A DNA stretch of 64,000 nucleotides, taken from an uncultured Actinomycetes bacterium. GTDB taxonomy: Bacteria; Actinomycetota; Thermoleophilia; UBA2241. The position numbers were made by a program, and so were the translations under genes. Shown piece after piece: positions 29,450-38,224 of the stretch. Location: positions 480,001 through 544,000 of the forward strand of contig CAVRZA010000004.1 in the NCBI GenBank assembly GCA_963725665.1, in the 5' to 3' direction. The first letter of the stretch is position 1, and each line of letters begins with the position of its first letter. Below the pieces are notes generated by a model. The model was not told the DNA's origin. It was given only the letters and a program-made list of their open reading frames with translations, and did not search any database.

Positions 29450-29890
29450 GTGACGCCAGATCGTGGTGGATGGTCCGTCAGCCAGGGCGCGCGGCTCGAC
29501 CTGCGCAACGTGGGCGACAAGCCGGGGTTCCCGGTGGTCTTTCTGCAGGGCGAGTTCGACATCGAGACGGTCCCCGAGATCGACCGCTTCCTGCGGCGCT
29601 CGTTCGGGCCCTTGTTCTTCAAGCGTCACATCGTCCTCGACCTCAACGAGGTGACGCACGTCGACTCGATCTTCATCGGCTTCGTCGTCGGCCTTGTGCG
29701 CCGCCTGCATGCGGAGCGCAAGGAGCTCGTGCTGACTCGCCCCGTGGGCCACGTGCGCCGGGTGCTCTCGCTGATAGGAGTTCCGAACCTGGTGCCCGTC
29801 TACGATTCGCTGGACGAGGCGGTGACGGCCGTCATGAGCGACAGCCTGCCGGCGATCCCGCCGGCCTTCAGAGCCGCTCCCGCGGTCTGA
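29450..29890 (+). CDS. STAS-domain anti-sigma factor antagonist (start uncertain)
   Basis: LQGEFDI, IVLDLNEVTHVDS and VRRVLSLIG match the STAS pattern. Confidence 0.8.
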   Translation: MTPDRGGWSVSQGARLDLRNVGDKPGFPVVFLQGEFDIETVPEIDRFLRRSFGPLFFKRHIVLDLNEVTHVDSIFIGFVVGLVRRLHAERKELVLTRPVGHVRRVLSLIGVPNLVPVYDSLDEAVTAVMSDSLPAIPPAFRAAPAV

Positions 29891-29942
29891 CGGGCTCTCG
29901 CCGCCGCGTCGCAGGCGGCATCGGCCGCGGCGCCCCAGACGG

Positions 29943-30314
29943 CTACTGCTGCGCCGAGCCGGACCCGGCGGCCTCGTCGCCGAGCCCGTTCGCGGCCGGC
30001 GGTGCCCCCTCGAGCAGGGAGAGCCTGTGCTCGAGCTGCGCCACCTTGAGGTTCAGCTCCTCCCACTCACCTTGCGTCGCCAGCCCCCACTGTCTGAAGA
30101 GGTCCTGCAGGTTCGCATCGAAGCGCTGGCGCAAGCCGGTGCCCTGATCGCTCGCCCTCTCCATGAGGTCGTCGACGAGGTCCTTTCCCTCGCGGCGCGT
30201 CAGCTCGCCGCGGCGGACGACCTCGTCGACGACCTCCTGCACGCGCTCGCGCGTGAGCGCGGCGGCGCCCAGGGCGAGGAGCAAGGTCCGTTCGAGAGGG
30301 TTCTGTGCGCCCAC
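29943..30314 (-). CDS. Phasin-like (PHA granule-associated, PhaF/PhaI-type) protein
   Basis: LLLALGAAALTRERVQEVVDEVVRRGELTRREGK...GLATQGEWEELNLKVAQLE matches the phasin-family pattern. Confidence 0.7.
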   Translation of the reverse strand: MGAQNPLERTLLLALGAAALTRERVQEVVDEVVRRGELTRREGKDLVDDLMERASDQGTGLRQRFDANLQDLFRQWGLATQGEWEELNLKVAQLEHRLSLLEGAPPAANGLGDEAAGSGSAQQ

Positions 30315-30315
30315 G

Positions 30316-30705
30316 TCAGCTTGCTCGCGCGACGTCGAGCTGGCGGTCGAAGACTGGCTGCCGAGCAGCCACCGTGCGCGCCTGGAACGCCCGCATGCGA
30401 CAGGCGTCGCTGCAGTACTTCTTGGCGGGGTTGTAGGTGATGAACTCGCGGCTGCAAGGCTCGAAGCTGCAGTTGCGCGTGATCTCCTCGCGCTCGTGCC
30501 GCTTGCGCGCCGACTGCCTCATCTCGTCGTGCCAGCCGCCCGAGTGCAGGGCACAGATGCTGGAAGGGTTGTAGGCCGAAAGCCTCGTCTGGCAGCCCTC
30601 GAAGCTGCAGACGCGCCCCGTGCCGTAGGTCTTGGTGCGCAGCAGATCGTCGGCCTGGGTGTACATCCGGCGACCGCGAAGACTCTTGCTGCTGAGGAAC
30701 TCCAT
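30316..30705 (-). CDS. Small protein with two zinc-finger-like modules (CCCH and CGNR-like C4)
   Basis: RVCSFEGC...YNP...CALH and RNCSFEPC...YNP...YCSDACRMRAFQAR; GGAGA SD-like sequence upstream. Confidence 0.75.
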   Translation of the reverse strand: MEFLSSKSLRGRRMYTQADDLLRTKTYGTGRVCSFEGCQTRLSAYNPSSICALHSGGWHDEMRQSARKRHEREEITRNCSFEPCSREFITYNPAKKYCSDACRMRAFQARTVAARQPVFDRQLDVARAS

Positions 30706-30809
30706 CTGCGCTTCTCCGATCCCGCTGCCAGCTCCGTCGCTTGCTCGGCCTGTCTACTGCTCGCTGCCGTCCTCGCCTGCGCCGCCGCGAGCTCGCGGCG
30801 CATCGGACC

Positions 30810-31169
30810 CTAACCCGCGGTCACGCTCAGGGCGTCCTCGCGAGTGGGGTAGATGCCGAAGATGCGGTCCAGCCCGGTGATCTCGAAGATGCGCGTGATG
30901 TTGTCGTCGGCGCAGACGATGTCGAGGGTCCCGTTCTGCGGGCGCACACGCTTGGCTCCCGAGACGAGCACGCCGAGGGCGGTCGAATCGATGAAGGTGA
31001 CTTTCGCCAGGTCGACGATGATACGGCTGGCGCCCTCCTCGATCCCCTGCAGGAGGACTTCCTTGAACTGCGGAGCGGAGTAGATGTCGACCTCACCCTC
31101 GACATCGACTACTGCGACGCTCTCGCTCGGTCTGAGGAGATCGACGCGGAACTGGGGCCTGTCTTCCAT
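30810..31169 (-). CDS. Anti-sigma factor antagonist (RsbV/SpoIIAA/BldG-like STAS)
   Basis: VEGEVDIYSAPQFKE, IVDLAKVTFIDSTALGVL and IFEITGLDRIF. Confidence 0.93.
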   Translation of the reverse strand: MEDRPQFRVDLLRPSESVAVVDVEGEVDIYSAPQFKEVLLQGIEEGASRIIVDLAKVTFIDSTALGVLVSGAKRVRPQNGTLDIVCADDNITRIFEITGLDRIFGIYPTREDALSVTAG

Positions 31170-31355
31170 GCAGTCTTCCCCCTCGATGAGTCGCGGGTCA
31201 AACCTCGGTACGCTCTGCCCGCTGATGTCCTTGGTTATGCTCGCCGCCTGGGGCTCCTAAACTCCGATTACGCAGGGACTAAGAGCACGCGAGCGACCAT
31301 CGACGACGACACGGTAGGGCGCCGCGGCCGGCGGGAAGCGCTCACACGCGAATGG

Positions 31356-32960
31356 TCAGCGCGGGGCGGTGGGGAGGAGGCGCTCGTCAAGGTTGCGGCC
31401 CTGCGCGGCGTACTGGACGATCATGGCGTCGGTCACCCACTCCACCGGCGCCCTGTCGTCGGTCCAGGGGTTCTGCAGCACAGCGACGGGACGAGCCTGC
31501 CGCGCGTACAGGTCGCCGAGCACCTGAAGGCGGGCCGGCAGGCCGCGCAGCCGGCCCGCCTGTTCCGCGGCCGGCACGGGGTTCGCGAAGCCGACCACGA
31601 GGGCGTTGAAGCGCAGCGCCTGCCAGTACTCGACCTGCGGAAAGACACTCGCCAGCGTGCCGGCGATGTCCTTTGCCAGGACGTGGTCGGTGGGCGTCGT
31701 TGAGATATTGAGCGCGACGATGCCGTCGGGCGCGAGGTGGCGACGCGCGAGCTCGAAGAACTCGCGCGTCGCGAGGTAGAAGGGCACGTAGGGCTGCCGG
31801 TAGGCGTCGATGAAGATGGCGTCGTAGCGGGCGCCGCTCGTGGCGAGGAACGGGCGTGCGTCGGCGGTGTGCACAACGAGGTTCGGGTTGTCGCCAAGAC
31901 CGAAGAAGCGCCGGGCGACCGCGGTGACCTGGGGATCGATCTCGACGCCGTGGTAGCGCACCGCGGGGAAGAAGGCTCCGAAGGCTCGGCCGGTGGTCCC
32001 GCCGGCGTTGCCCAGCATGACAACACGTTGCGCGGGGCGACCGAGGAGCCCTGGCGCGATGAGGAACATGTCCCATTCGCCGCCGGTGAGCACGGTGTCC
32101 GCACGCCATTCTGAGTGGATCGCGTAGCCCTCGTTCAGGTAGAGGTAGCGCACCGCCCCCGACGGCTCCTCGTGCTGCACCACCTGGATGAACTGGTAGC
32201 GCGACTCGCCCTCGTAGACCAGCCCGCTCTGTGCTTTGACGACACCGGGCGGGATCAGCAGCGCGGCCGCGAGCACGAGGCCGACCACGAGCCAGCGCCA
32301 GCCGAGCACGAGCGTAGCCGCCAGAGCAATCAGCGCCGCCGCTCCGAGGAGGGTGCGCTGCGTGCCGACGAGGGGGATGGTCACGAGCGCCGGCACGAAG
32401 GTGCCGATGAGGCTGCCGGCCGTCGAGAGGGCGAAGATGCGCCCAGCGGCTCGGCCGGCGGCCTCGATGTCGGCGACCGAGAGGCGGATGGCGAACGGCG
32501 TCACCATGCCGAGGAGCACGACCGGCGGCGCGAATAACGCCAGGGCGGCGATGAACGACCCCACGACGGCGCTGGGCGAGAGCGTGTCGACGCCCTTGAT
32601 CGAGAGGTCGAGGAACGGTCTCGCGACGAAGGGCACGGCGGCGACGAGGACGGCCGCGGCCAGGACGATGAAGCCGAGGAGGCGGGCGCTGGGCCGCCTG
32701 TCGGCCCAGCGCCCGCCGAGCCAGTACCCGAGCGCGAGCGACGCCAGGATGAGGCCGATCACGTTGGCCCACACGATGGTCGAGGAGCCGTAGTAGGGGG
32801 CCAGAAGGCGCGACGCCGAGATCTCGGTGGCCATTGAGCCGATGCCGGCGATGAACACGAGCAGGGAGAGCCGCCCGAGGCCGACCGCGTCCGCGGGTCG
32901 CGCCTTTTCCCGTCCGGAGCCGTGGGTCAAAGCCTGCGCCTCGTTGCTCATGAAGGGCAT
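31356..32960 (-). CDS. Fused membrane domain / spermidine synthase-like methyltransferase
   Basis: About 7 TM helices with RLLAPYYGSS; ESRYQ, LGNAGGT, VEIDP, DAR, IDAY and WTDDRAPVE. Confidence 0.88.
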   Translation of the reverse strand: MPFMSNEAQALTHGSGREKARPADAVGLGRLSLLVFIAGIGSMATEISASRLLAPYYGSSTIVWANVIGLILASLALGYWLGGRWADRRPSARLLGFIVLAAAVLVAAVPFVARPFLDLSIKGVDTLSPSAVVGSFIAALALFAPPVVLLGMVTPFAIRLSVADIEAAGRAAGRIFALSTAGSLIGTFVPALVTIPLVGTQRTLLGAAALIALAATLVLGWRWLVVGLVLAAALLIPPGVVKAQSGLVYEGESRYQFIQVVQHEEPSGAVRYLYLNEGYAIHSEWRADTVLTGGEWDMFLIAPGLLGRPAQRVVMLGNAGGTTGRAFGAFFPAVRYHGVEIDPQVTAVARRFFGLGDNPNLVVHTADARPFLATSGARYDAIFIDAYRQPYVPFYLATREFFELARRHLAPDGIVALNISTTPTDHVLAKDIAGTLASVFPQVEYWQALRFNALVVGFANPVPAAEQAGRLRGLPARLQVLGDLYARQARPVAVLQNPWTDDRAPVEWVTDAMIVQYAAQGRNLDERLLPTAPR

Positions 32961-33062
32961 GGTCGCAGCAAGGACGCCCGTGCGTCAAAGGACGGGGGCT
33001 GCGTCTTCGGGGGGCGAGCCCCAGCCTGCGATCGACGACGACGTGTGCGGAGGAGCGGGAAG

Positions 33063-33138
33063 TGGTGGAGGTAACCGGGCTCGAACCGGTGACCTTTTGG
33101 CTGCCAGCCAAACGCTCTCCCAACTGAGCTATACCCCC
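33063..33138 (-). tRNA. tRNA-Ala (GGC)
   Basis: 76 nt GGGGGTATAGCTCAGTTGGGAGAGCG...TGGCA...GGTTCGAGCC...CTCCACCA; G3:U70 pair, anticodon GGC, encoded CCA. Confidence 0.97.
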
Positions 33139-33172
33139 ACCGGGGGCCGACGTGCACAGCCGGCGAATGCAC

Positions 33173-33178
33173 AGTATA
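33173..33178 (-). promoter_or_regulatory. -10 hexamer (TATACT) upstream of tRNA-Ala
   Basis: Minus-strand TATACT about 35 nt upstream of the tRNA 5' end. Confidence 0.5.
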
Positions 33179-33471
33179 GCCCGCCGGGGGAGGTGCTGAA
33201 AACTCCCGCCAGGCTCGGAACGGCGGCCGGCGGTCGCGCTCGGCCGACGTCGGACGCAAACGGACGGGCGCGGCGAAAGGGCCGCGTTTTGCAGAGCTTT
33301 CGCCGCGCCCGCCACGTGGACAGCCCCTACTCTGAAGCCTACAATGGGAAGCGCGCCGACCGCTCCTCTCCTCTCAGAGTCCCTTCAGCGTAAAGGTTCG
33401 TCCTCCGCGTCCGACATCTCCTAGAGCCGGCTCCTGGAACGCCGGCGTGATGCGAGCGCACGGAGTCTAGT

Positions 33472-34923
33472 GTGATGGCCGACATGCTGCGCCGACTGGC
33501 CGCCCACCTACGCCGGAACCGCGTGCCGCTCCTCAAGGGCGGCTTGAGGTTCGTCCTCGTGCTGCTGCTGGTCGTCGTCGTGGTGCAGATCTTTGCTCCG
33601 TCGACGTACCGCCTCGCCGAAGGACTCGTGACCTTCCAGCTCGCGCCCTCATGGCCGGGCGGCAAAGTCATCATGCCGCTGGGACCCGCTGGGGTGCTCC
33701 AGCTCGCCACGCACCACACGCCTGTGAACCTCAAGCTCGACTTCACCCTGAACGATAGCGTGCCCTCGGTCAGCGAGGCCCAAGCCCTGCTCAGCGGCCT
33801 GCCCGGACTGCGGCCGGACGCGGTGGCGGCGTTCTACGGCTTCCTCGAGAGTCGCATCCCGTGGCTGCTTCTGCTGGGGGCACTCGCCGGCGTGCTCGTG
33901 GCGAACGGCGGCCGGCATTGGCTGCGCAGGACGTTCCTGCACGCGCTGTACGGCGTGGGACTCGTGGCGCTCCTCACGGCGGCCTTCGTCGGCGTGACGC
34001 TCCTCACCTTCGACTCAACGCCGGCGGTGCAGTATCAGGGTCTGGCCAAGAACCTGCCGCGCGTCGTTGAGCTCGTACGCCGCATCAACGCCGACTCCGG
34101 GGTGACCGAGAGCGGCATCGACGATTTCGTGCGCGGCATCCAGACCGTCGCCGCTCAGCTCGGCTCGGCGGCCCACGCCCCGTCGGGCGACGTCACGCGG
34201 GTGCTGGTCGTGAGCGACATGCACGACAACGTTGTAGGCATGATGCTCGCCTCGTCGCTGGCAAAGGACCAGACGGACCCGTTCTCGTTCGTCCTTCTGG
34301 CCGGCGACATAACGACGCGGGGAACCAACCCCGAAGCGCAGCTCTTCACGCACCAGTTCTCGAGCGACGGCCTGCCTGTGCTGATGGTGGGAGGAAACCA
34401 CGAGGACTACCCGGCGATGAAGGTGTTCCAGCGGGCCGGCTACCGTCTACTCGACGACTCGGCCGAGTCAGAGGGCGGCCTCAGCGTGTTCGGGGTGACC
34501 GACCCCAAGGCTTGGTCCCTGGAGGCGACGCCGGACCAGGGGCTCCTCGAGGCGGGTGGGGCGGCGGCTCTGGACCGCTTCCAGCGGCTCGAGCCGCCGC
34601 CCCAGGTCTTCCTGGTGCACGACTTCGCCGAGGCACGAGCGATCGTCGAGTACGCGAAAGAGCGAGGCCTGTCGCTCACGGTCGTCTACGGGCACGACCA
34701 CGTGGCCTCGGTGAAGCGCGACGGCACCGTGACACTCGTCGACGCCGGCACGAGTGGCGCGTCGGGCTACCTCACGCTGGGGCAGGAAGGCTCGCCGCCG
34801 TACACGTTCCAGATCCTCGACTTCTCACGGGAGCCCGAGCCCAGACTCCTCTCGGTGACGACCATGAGCTACGAGGGTCTGTACGGCAGATCGACCGCGA
34901 CCTACACGCCCATCGCGCGCTGA
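33472..34923 (+). CDS. Membrane-anchored calcineurin-like metallophosphoesterase
   Basis: Three hydrophobic segments, then SDMH, AGDI, GNHE, LVH and GHDH motifs. Confidence 0.88.
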   Translation: MMADMLRRLAAHLRRNRVPLLKGGLRFVLVLLLVVVVVQIFAPSTYRLAEGLVTFQLAPSWPGGKVIMPLGPAGVLQLATHHTPVNLKLDFTLNDSVPSVSEAQALLSGLPGLRPDAVAAFYGFLESRIPWLLLLGALAGVLVANGGRHWLRRTFLHALYGVGLVALLTAAFVGVTLLTFDSTPAVQYQGLAKNLPRVVELVRRINADSGVTESGIDDFVRGIQTVAAQLGSAAHAPSGDVTRVLVVSDMHDNVVGMMLASSLAKDQTDPFSFVLLAGDITTRGTNPEAQLFTHQFSSDGLPVLMVGGNHEDYPAMKVFQRAGYRLLDDSAESEGGLSVFGVTDPKAWSLEATPDQGLLEAGGAAALDRFQRLEPPPQVFLVHDFAEARAIVEYAKERGLSLTVVYGHDHVASVKRDGTVTLVDAGTSGASGYLTLGQEGSPPYTFQILDFSREPEPRLLSVTTMSYEGLYGRSTATYTPIAR

Positions 34924-35090
34924 CGCGAACGGCCCATGAGGCCCGGCTGGCGACCCACGCGCGGAGCCCCGGCGATGCCGGGGCTCCGCGCGTGCGGTCA
35001 AGACCACCTGACGGTGACTCATAAGGGCCTCAGCTCACGACCCACGTAGAACTCGTGCTCGGTCCGCGGTCCGTCGTGCCTCCGCGGGAC

Positions 35091-35690
35091 CTACTGTACG
35101 CTGAACGAGATGGGCAGCGTAAAGTCGTCCGCCTGCACCATGTAGGGGCTGTTTAGCGGCAGGAACTCCCCGGTGGCGGGGTCGGTCCACGTCGGGAAGG
35201 CGCGGGGCACTGACTCCCTCACCCAGCCGCTGTAGTGACCCGGGCGCAGCTTGCCGAGTGGCACCCACCAGTCACGCGCCCAAGTCTGATCATCCGGGGC
35301 GGCGGGGTCCCACTTGTAGGCCGGGCTCCAGTAGCGGAGTCCACACGCAGCCCTGGTGATCGCGAAGCTCCAACACCCGGTCGAGCGCGAGATCGCCATG
35401 GTGTGGAACCACTCGGCCGGAATGAGCGTCGCGCCCAGCCTCGTGTCGAACCACTCCGCGGTGACGACCACCTTGTAGTCGTGCGGGATCGGGACGTTGT
35501 TGACGCCGGTGTGGTCGATGATGTCGTAGGGACCCGTACCGGCCCATTCGAGCCAGCCGCCCCCCTCGCCCTGGATCCAGTAGGGGATGTAAGCGGTGTG
35601 CTGCTGTGGCGCATAGAAGGCCGATGCCGGGGCCGCGAACAGGCCCAGGCAGGCGGCGGCAAGCACGAACACAAGCAGGTATCTCTTCAT
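35091..35690 (-). CDS. Secreted Trp-rich hypothetical protein (199 aa)
   Basis: GAAAGGA SD; signal peptide MKRYLLVFVLAAACLGLFAAPASA; beta-rich mature part with LRPGHY. Confidence 0.75.
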   Translation of the reverse strand: MKRYLLVFVLAAACLGLFAAPASAFYAPQQHTAYIPYWIQGEGGGWLEWAGTGPYDIIDHTGVNNVPIPHDYKVVVTAEWFDTRLGATLIPAEWFHTMAISRSTGCWSFAITRAACGLRYWSPAYKWDPAAPDDQTWARDWWVPLGKLRPGHYSGWVRESVPRAFPTWTDPATGEFLPLNSPYMVQADDFTLPISFSVQ

Positions 35691-36031
35691 GGCGTGGGTC
35701 CTTTCGTGGCGTGCGGGTGGTGCGCACGCAAGCCCCTTGGTAGCGTGCGTCTTCTCCTCGGCTGAACCATAGGCACCCCCTGTGCCGATACCCCCGGAAC
35801 GACCGGCCCCAAGAACCACGCGGACCGTGTGCGGCCCGCCTGACGCCAAGGTCGGCTGCTGCTGACGTACGCCCCTTTTGATGCGTAGAAGTCGGCGAAG
35901 GATCAACCGAAAGCAGAGAGATGACCGGATGCGCGGGAGCGACATCCACGAGAGGAGGTCTTCTGAGTGGCGGGTGTCGGCGGCGCGAGGACCTGAGGCG
36001 ATCGGAGGGCGCGGGAGAGCAGGAGGAGGCC

Positions 36032-38224
36032 TCAGCGGAAGGGCATGTTCCCCTTCGCGCAGTAGAGGGTCTCACGAGCGATCTTGCCGTCTCGAATCTC
36101 GAGGACGGTCAGCCCCGCGACGCCTTCATATCCCGACGAGCCACTGGAGGCCGTCCATCTGACCACGGCCCATCCCGGTCCGGAGAACGTCCGAATGCGG
36201 GTGAAGGCGAGGTCACCTGGATAGGCGAACATTCGTTCATACCGCCTCAGCAGCTCCTTGCGCCGGCCGTGGTCGCCATAGCCCACGTCGAGGAACAGGA
36301 CGTCGGCGGCACTGATGCGCGCGAGCCTCGGGGCATCCTTCTCCCTCAGAGCGGCGGTATATGAGAGGGCGACCCGCTGCGCCGCTGAGGAGGTATCGGC
36401 GGGACCGGGCCGCGTGCGCAGCCGAACGGGATGCGGACTCACCTGGCCGGCCTTCGTGTTCGGGCCCTCGACCCAGAAGAAATCCTCGCGCGCGATCCTC
36501 TCGCCGCGCACCGTGACCACCTCGGCGACCGCTTCGGGGCTGTACCATCCTCCGACCGCGACGTAGCTGCCCGGCCACGCCTCCCACAGCGCTGCCCCCC
36601 GGCCGACGTAGGTCGAGACCGTCTTTCCGGTGACGAGGATCTCGGCCATGTCGCTGTTCCTGACCAGGACCTGCTCCTTGCCCCTCGCCCTCGCGTAGGC
36701 GTAGTGGTCGACGAGCCGAACCCCGTTCGTGAAGAGGTCGCTCAACCTGCTGAGATCGTTGGCTCTGGTCGCCGAAGCGTAGGCGTTGAACACCGTTCGC
36801 GTGCGCCACACCCCGTACGTCTCCAGCGACTCCGCGATCGACAGGAGATTGCGTCGCGTCACGTCGCCGGCCACCGTCACGAGAAGCCCGTTGCGAAGTG
36901 CCCACAGGTGGGGTAGTTCCAGCGCGTGTACGCTGAGGCGAGCGCGTGCCCCACTGAGGGCACCTGCCCGTAGTAGCACCTTCGCCGAGCTGGAGGTTCC
37001 CTTGAGCGAGGACCTGACGAAGGGGTCGTGTCCCGGGTCGGGGAGGGCGCCGTTGAAAGACCGTGTGGTGACGACGATGCTACGGAAGCCCCTGCGGTAC
37101 ACCAGGGACGCCACCCCGGACTCGTTGGAGAGCCAGGGCTTCTCGAGGGTCACCTCCGGCGTCTTGACCGCCACCAGTGAGAGCGTGAAGCCGTGGGGCA
37201 GCCTCTCCGGAACGAAGAGACGCCCGTGCACGGCCGAGCTCGCCTTCGACAGGGAGAGACGGTGGAACCCCTGATCCTTGCCGGTGATCAGCGCCGCGCT
37301 GCTGGGAAGCTGGACGGCGAAATCGGAGGCTACAAGCGGCGGATCGAGGCGCACCTGGCTGAACCCCCAGGTCTCCACCGCCGTGCCGTGGTAGGTCCTG
37401 ATTACCCGCACAGGGAGCCAGGTCTTGCGATCGATGAGCATGGAGACCTCGTCGAAGCGCGGTGACGAAGAGCCTTCCGCTCCAAGCGTGACTGCCGACG
37501 TGGGCTCGGCGGGAGCGGTGACCACGAGCGCCGGTCGGCCTTCATACGTCGAAGTGGACACCTTGGCGTCGGCGATGGCGAGCGGGCTCATCTGGCCCGC
37601 GTATTCCACGGGGAAGAGCCCGCTGCCGACGGCGTCGGGGGCTCCCGGGGCGAGGTTGATGCTGCGTGCGACGGTAAGTCCGTTCTCGGAGTTCCAGGCT
37701 TCGGTCCGCGTCCCGTCGGGCAGGCTTCTCACCTCTACGTGCAGTCGTGGGGTGTCAGTAAGAGTCGCGCCGGCAGCCGGAAGTCGCCACGAGCCGTCCG
37801 CAACGCTGATGGCCGACGTCTTCACGCGGCCGTCGCTGGTCGCCAGGACGCGCGCCTGGATCAGGGGAGCACCCTTGCGTTGGTAGTAGAAGATCGCGCT
37901 CAGCGAGCGGCACGAATCCAGACGCAGCCTGACGTTGTCGATGACTTGCGCGACAGCCGGAGGCGGGGCCACCATCCCCTGCTCTCGGCTCAACGGCCAG
38001 CCGACGAGCGACACGGCCATCCAGACGGCGACGGCGGCCGCGGCGAGCGCCACCGCGACGAGCCGCGACCGCCGGAACACCGGCCGCCGTGCGGGGCGCT
38101 CGACAGGCCTGGTCTCTGAGGCGTCGATCCTCTCCCAGAGCCGTTCGTGGAACCGCGGCTTCGCCGGCGGCGCCTCGAGGGTGCCCAGCAAGCGCTTCAG
38201 GTCCTGATCGGGCTTCTCGCTCAT
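36032..38224 (-). CDS. Putative transmembrane anti-sigma factor with LolA/RseB-like and two SnoaL/NTF2-like domains
   Basis: ATGA-coupled to the ECF sigma; short N-terminal helical domain, one TM helix, IDRKTWLPVRV/VPERLPHGF region, two SnoaL-like repeats ending VTVRGERIARE and LEIRDGKIARE. Confidence 0.7.
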   Translation of the reverse strand: MSEKPDQDLKRLLGTLEAPPAKPRFHERLWERIDASETRPVERPARRPVFRRSRLVAVALAAAAVAVWMAVSLVGWPLSREQGMVAPPPAVAQVIDNVRLRLDSCRSLSAIFYYQRKGAPLIQARVLATSDGRVKTSAISVADGSWRLPAAGATLTDTPRLHVEVRSLPDGTRTEAWNSENGLTVARSINLAPGAPDAVGSGLFPVEYAGQMSPLAIADAKVSTSTYEGRPALVVTAPAEPTSAVTLGAEGSSSPRFDEVSMLIDRKTWLPVRVIRTYHGTAVETWGFSQVRLDPPLVASDFAVQLPSSAALITGKDQGFHRLSLSKASSAVHGRLFVPERLPHGFTLSLVAVKTPEVTLEKPWLSNESGVASLVYRRGFRSIVVTTRSFNGALPDPGHDPFVRSSLKGTSSSAKVLLRAGALSGARARLSVHALELPHLWALRNGLLVTVAGDVTRRNLLSIAESLETYGVWRTRTVFNAYASATRANDLSRLSDLFTNGVRLVDHYAYARARGKEQVLVRNSDMAEILVTGKTVSTYVGRGAALWEAWPGSYVAVGGWYSPEAVAEVVTVRGERIAREDFFWVEGPNTKAGQVSPHPVRLRTRPGPADTSSAAQRVALSYTAALREKDAPRLARISAADVLFLDVGYGDHGRRKELLRRYERMFAYPGDLAFTRIRTFSGPGWAVVRWTASSGSSGYEGVAGLTVLEIRDGKIARETLYCAKGNMPFR

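Noticed and set aside
33063-33138. tRNA-Ala as attachment site of an integrated element
   Set aside because: No integrase and no duplicated tRNA 3' fragment seen in the window.
35691-36031. Riboswitch (c-di-AMP or c-di-GMP) upstream of the secreted protein
   Set aside because: Short hairpins are present but the conserved aptamer motifs could not be matched by eye; needs an Rfam scan.
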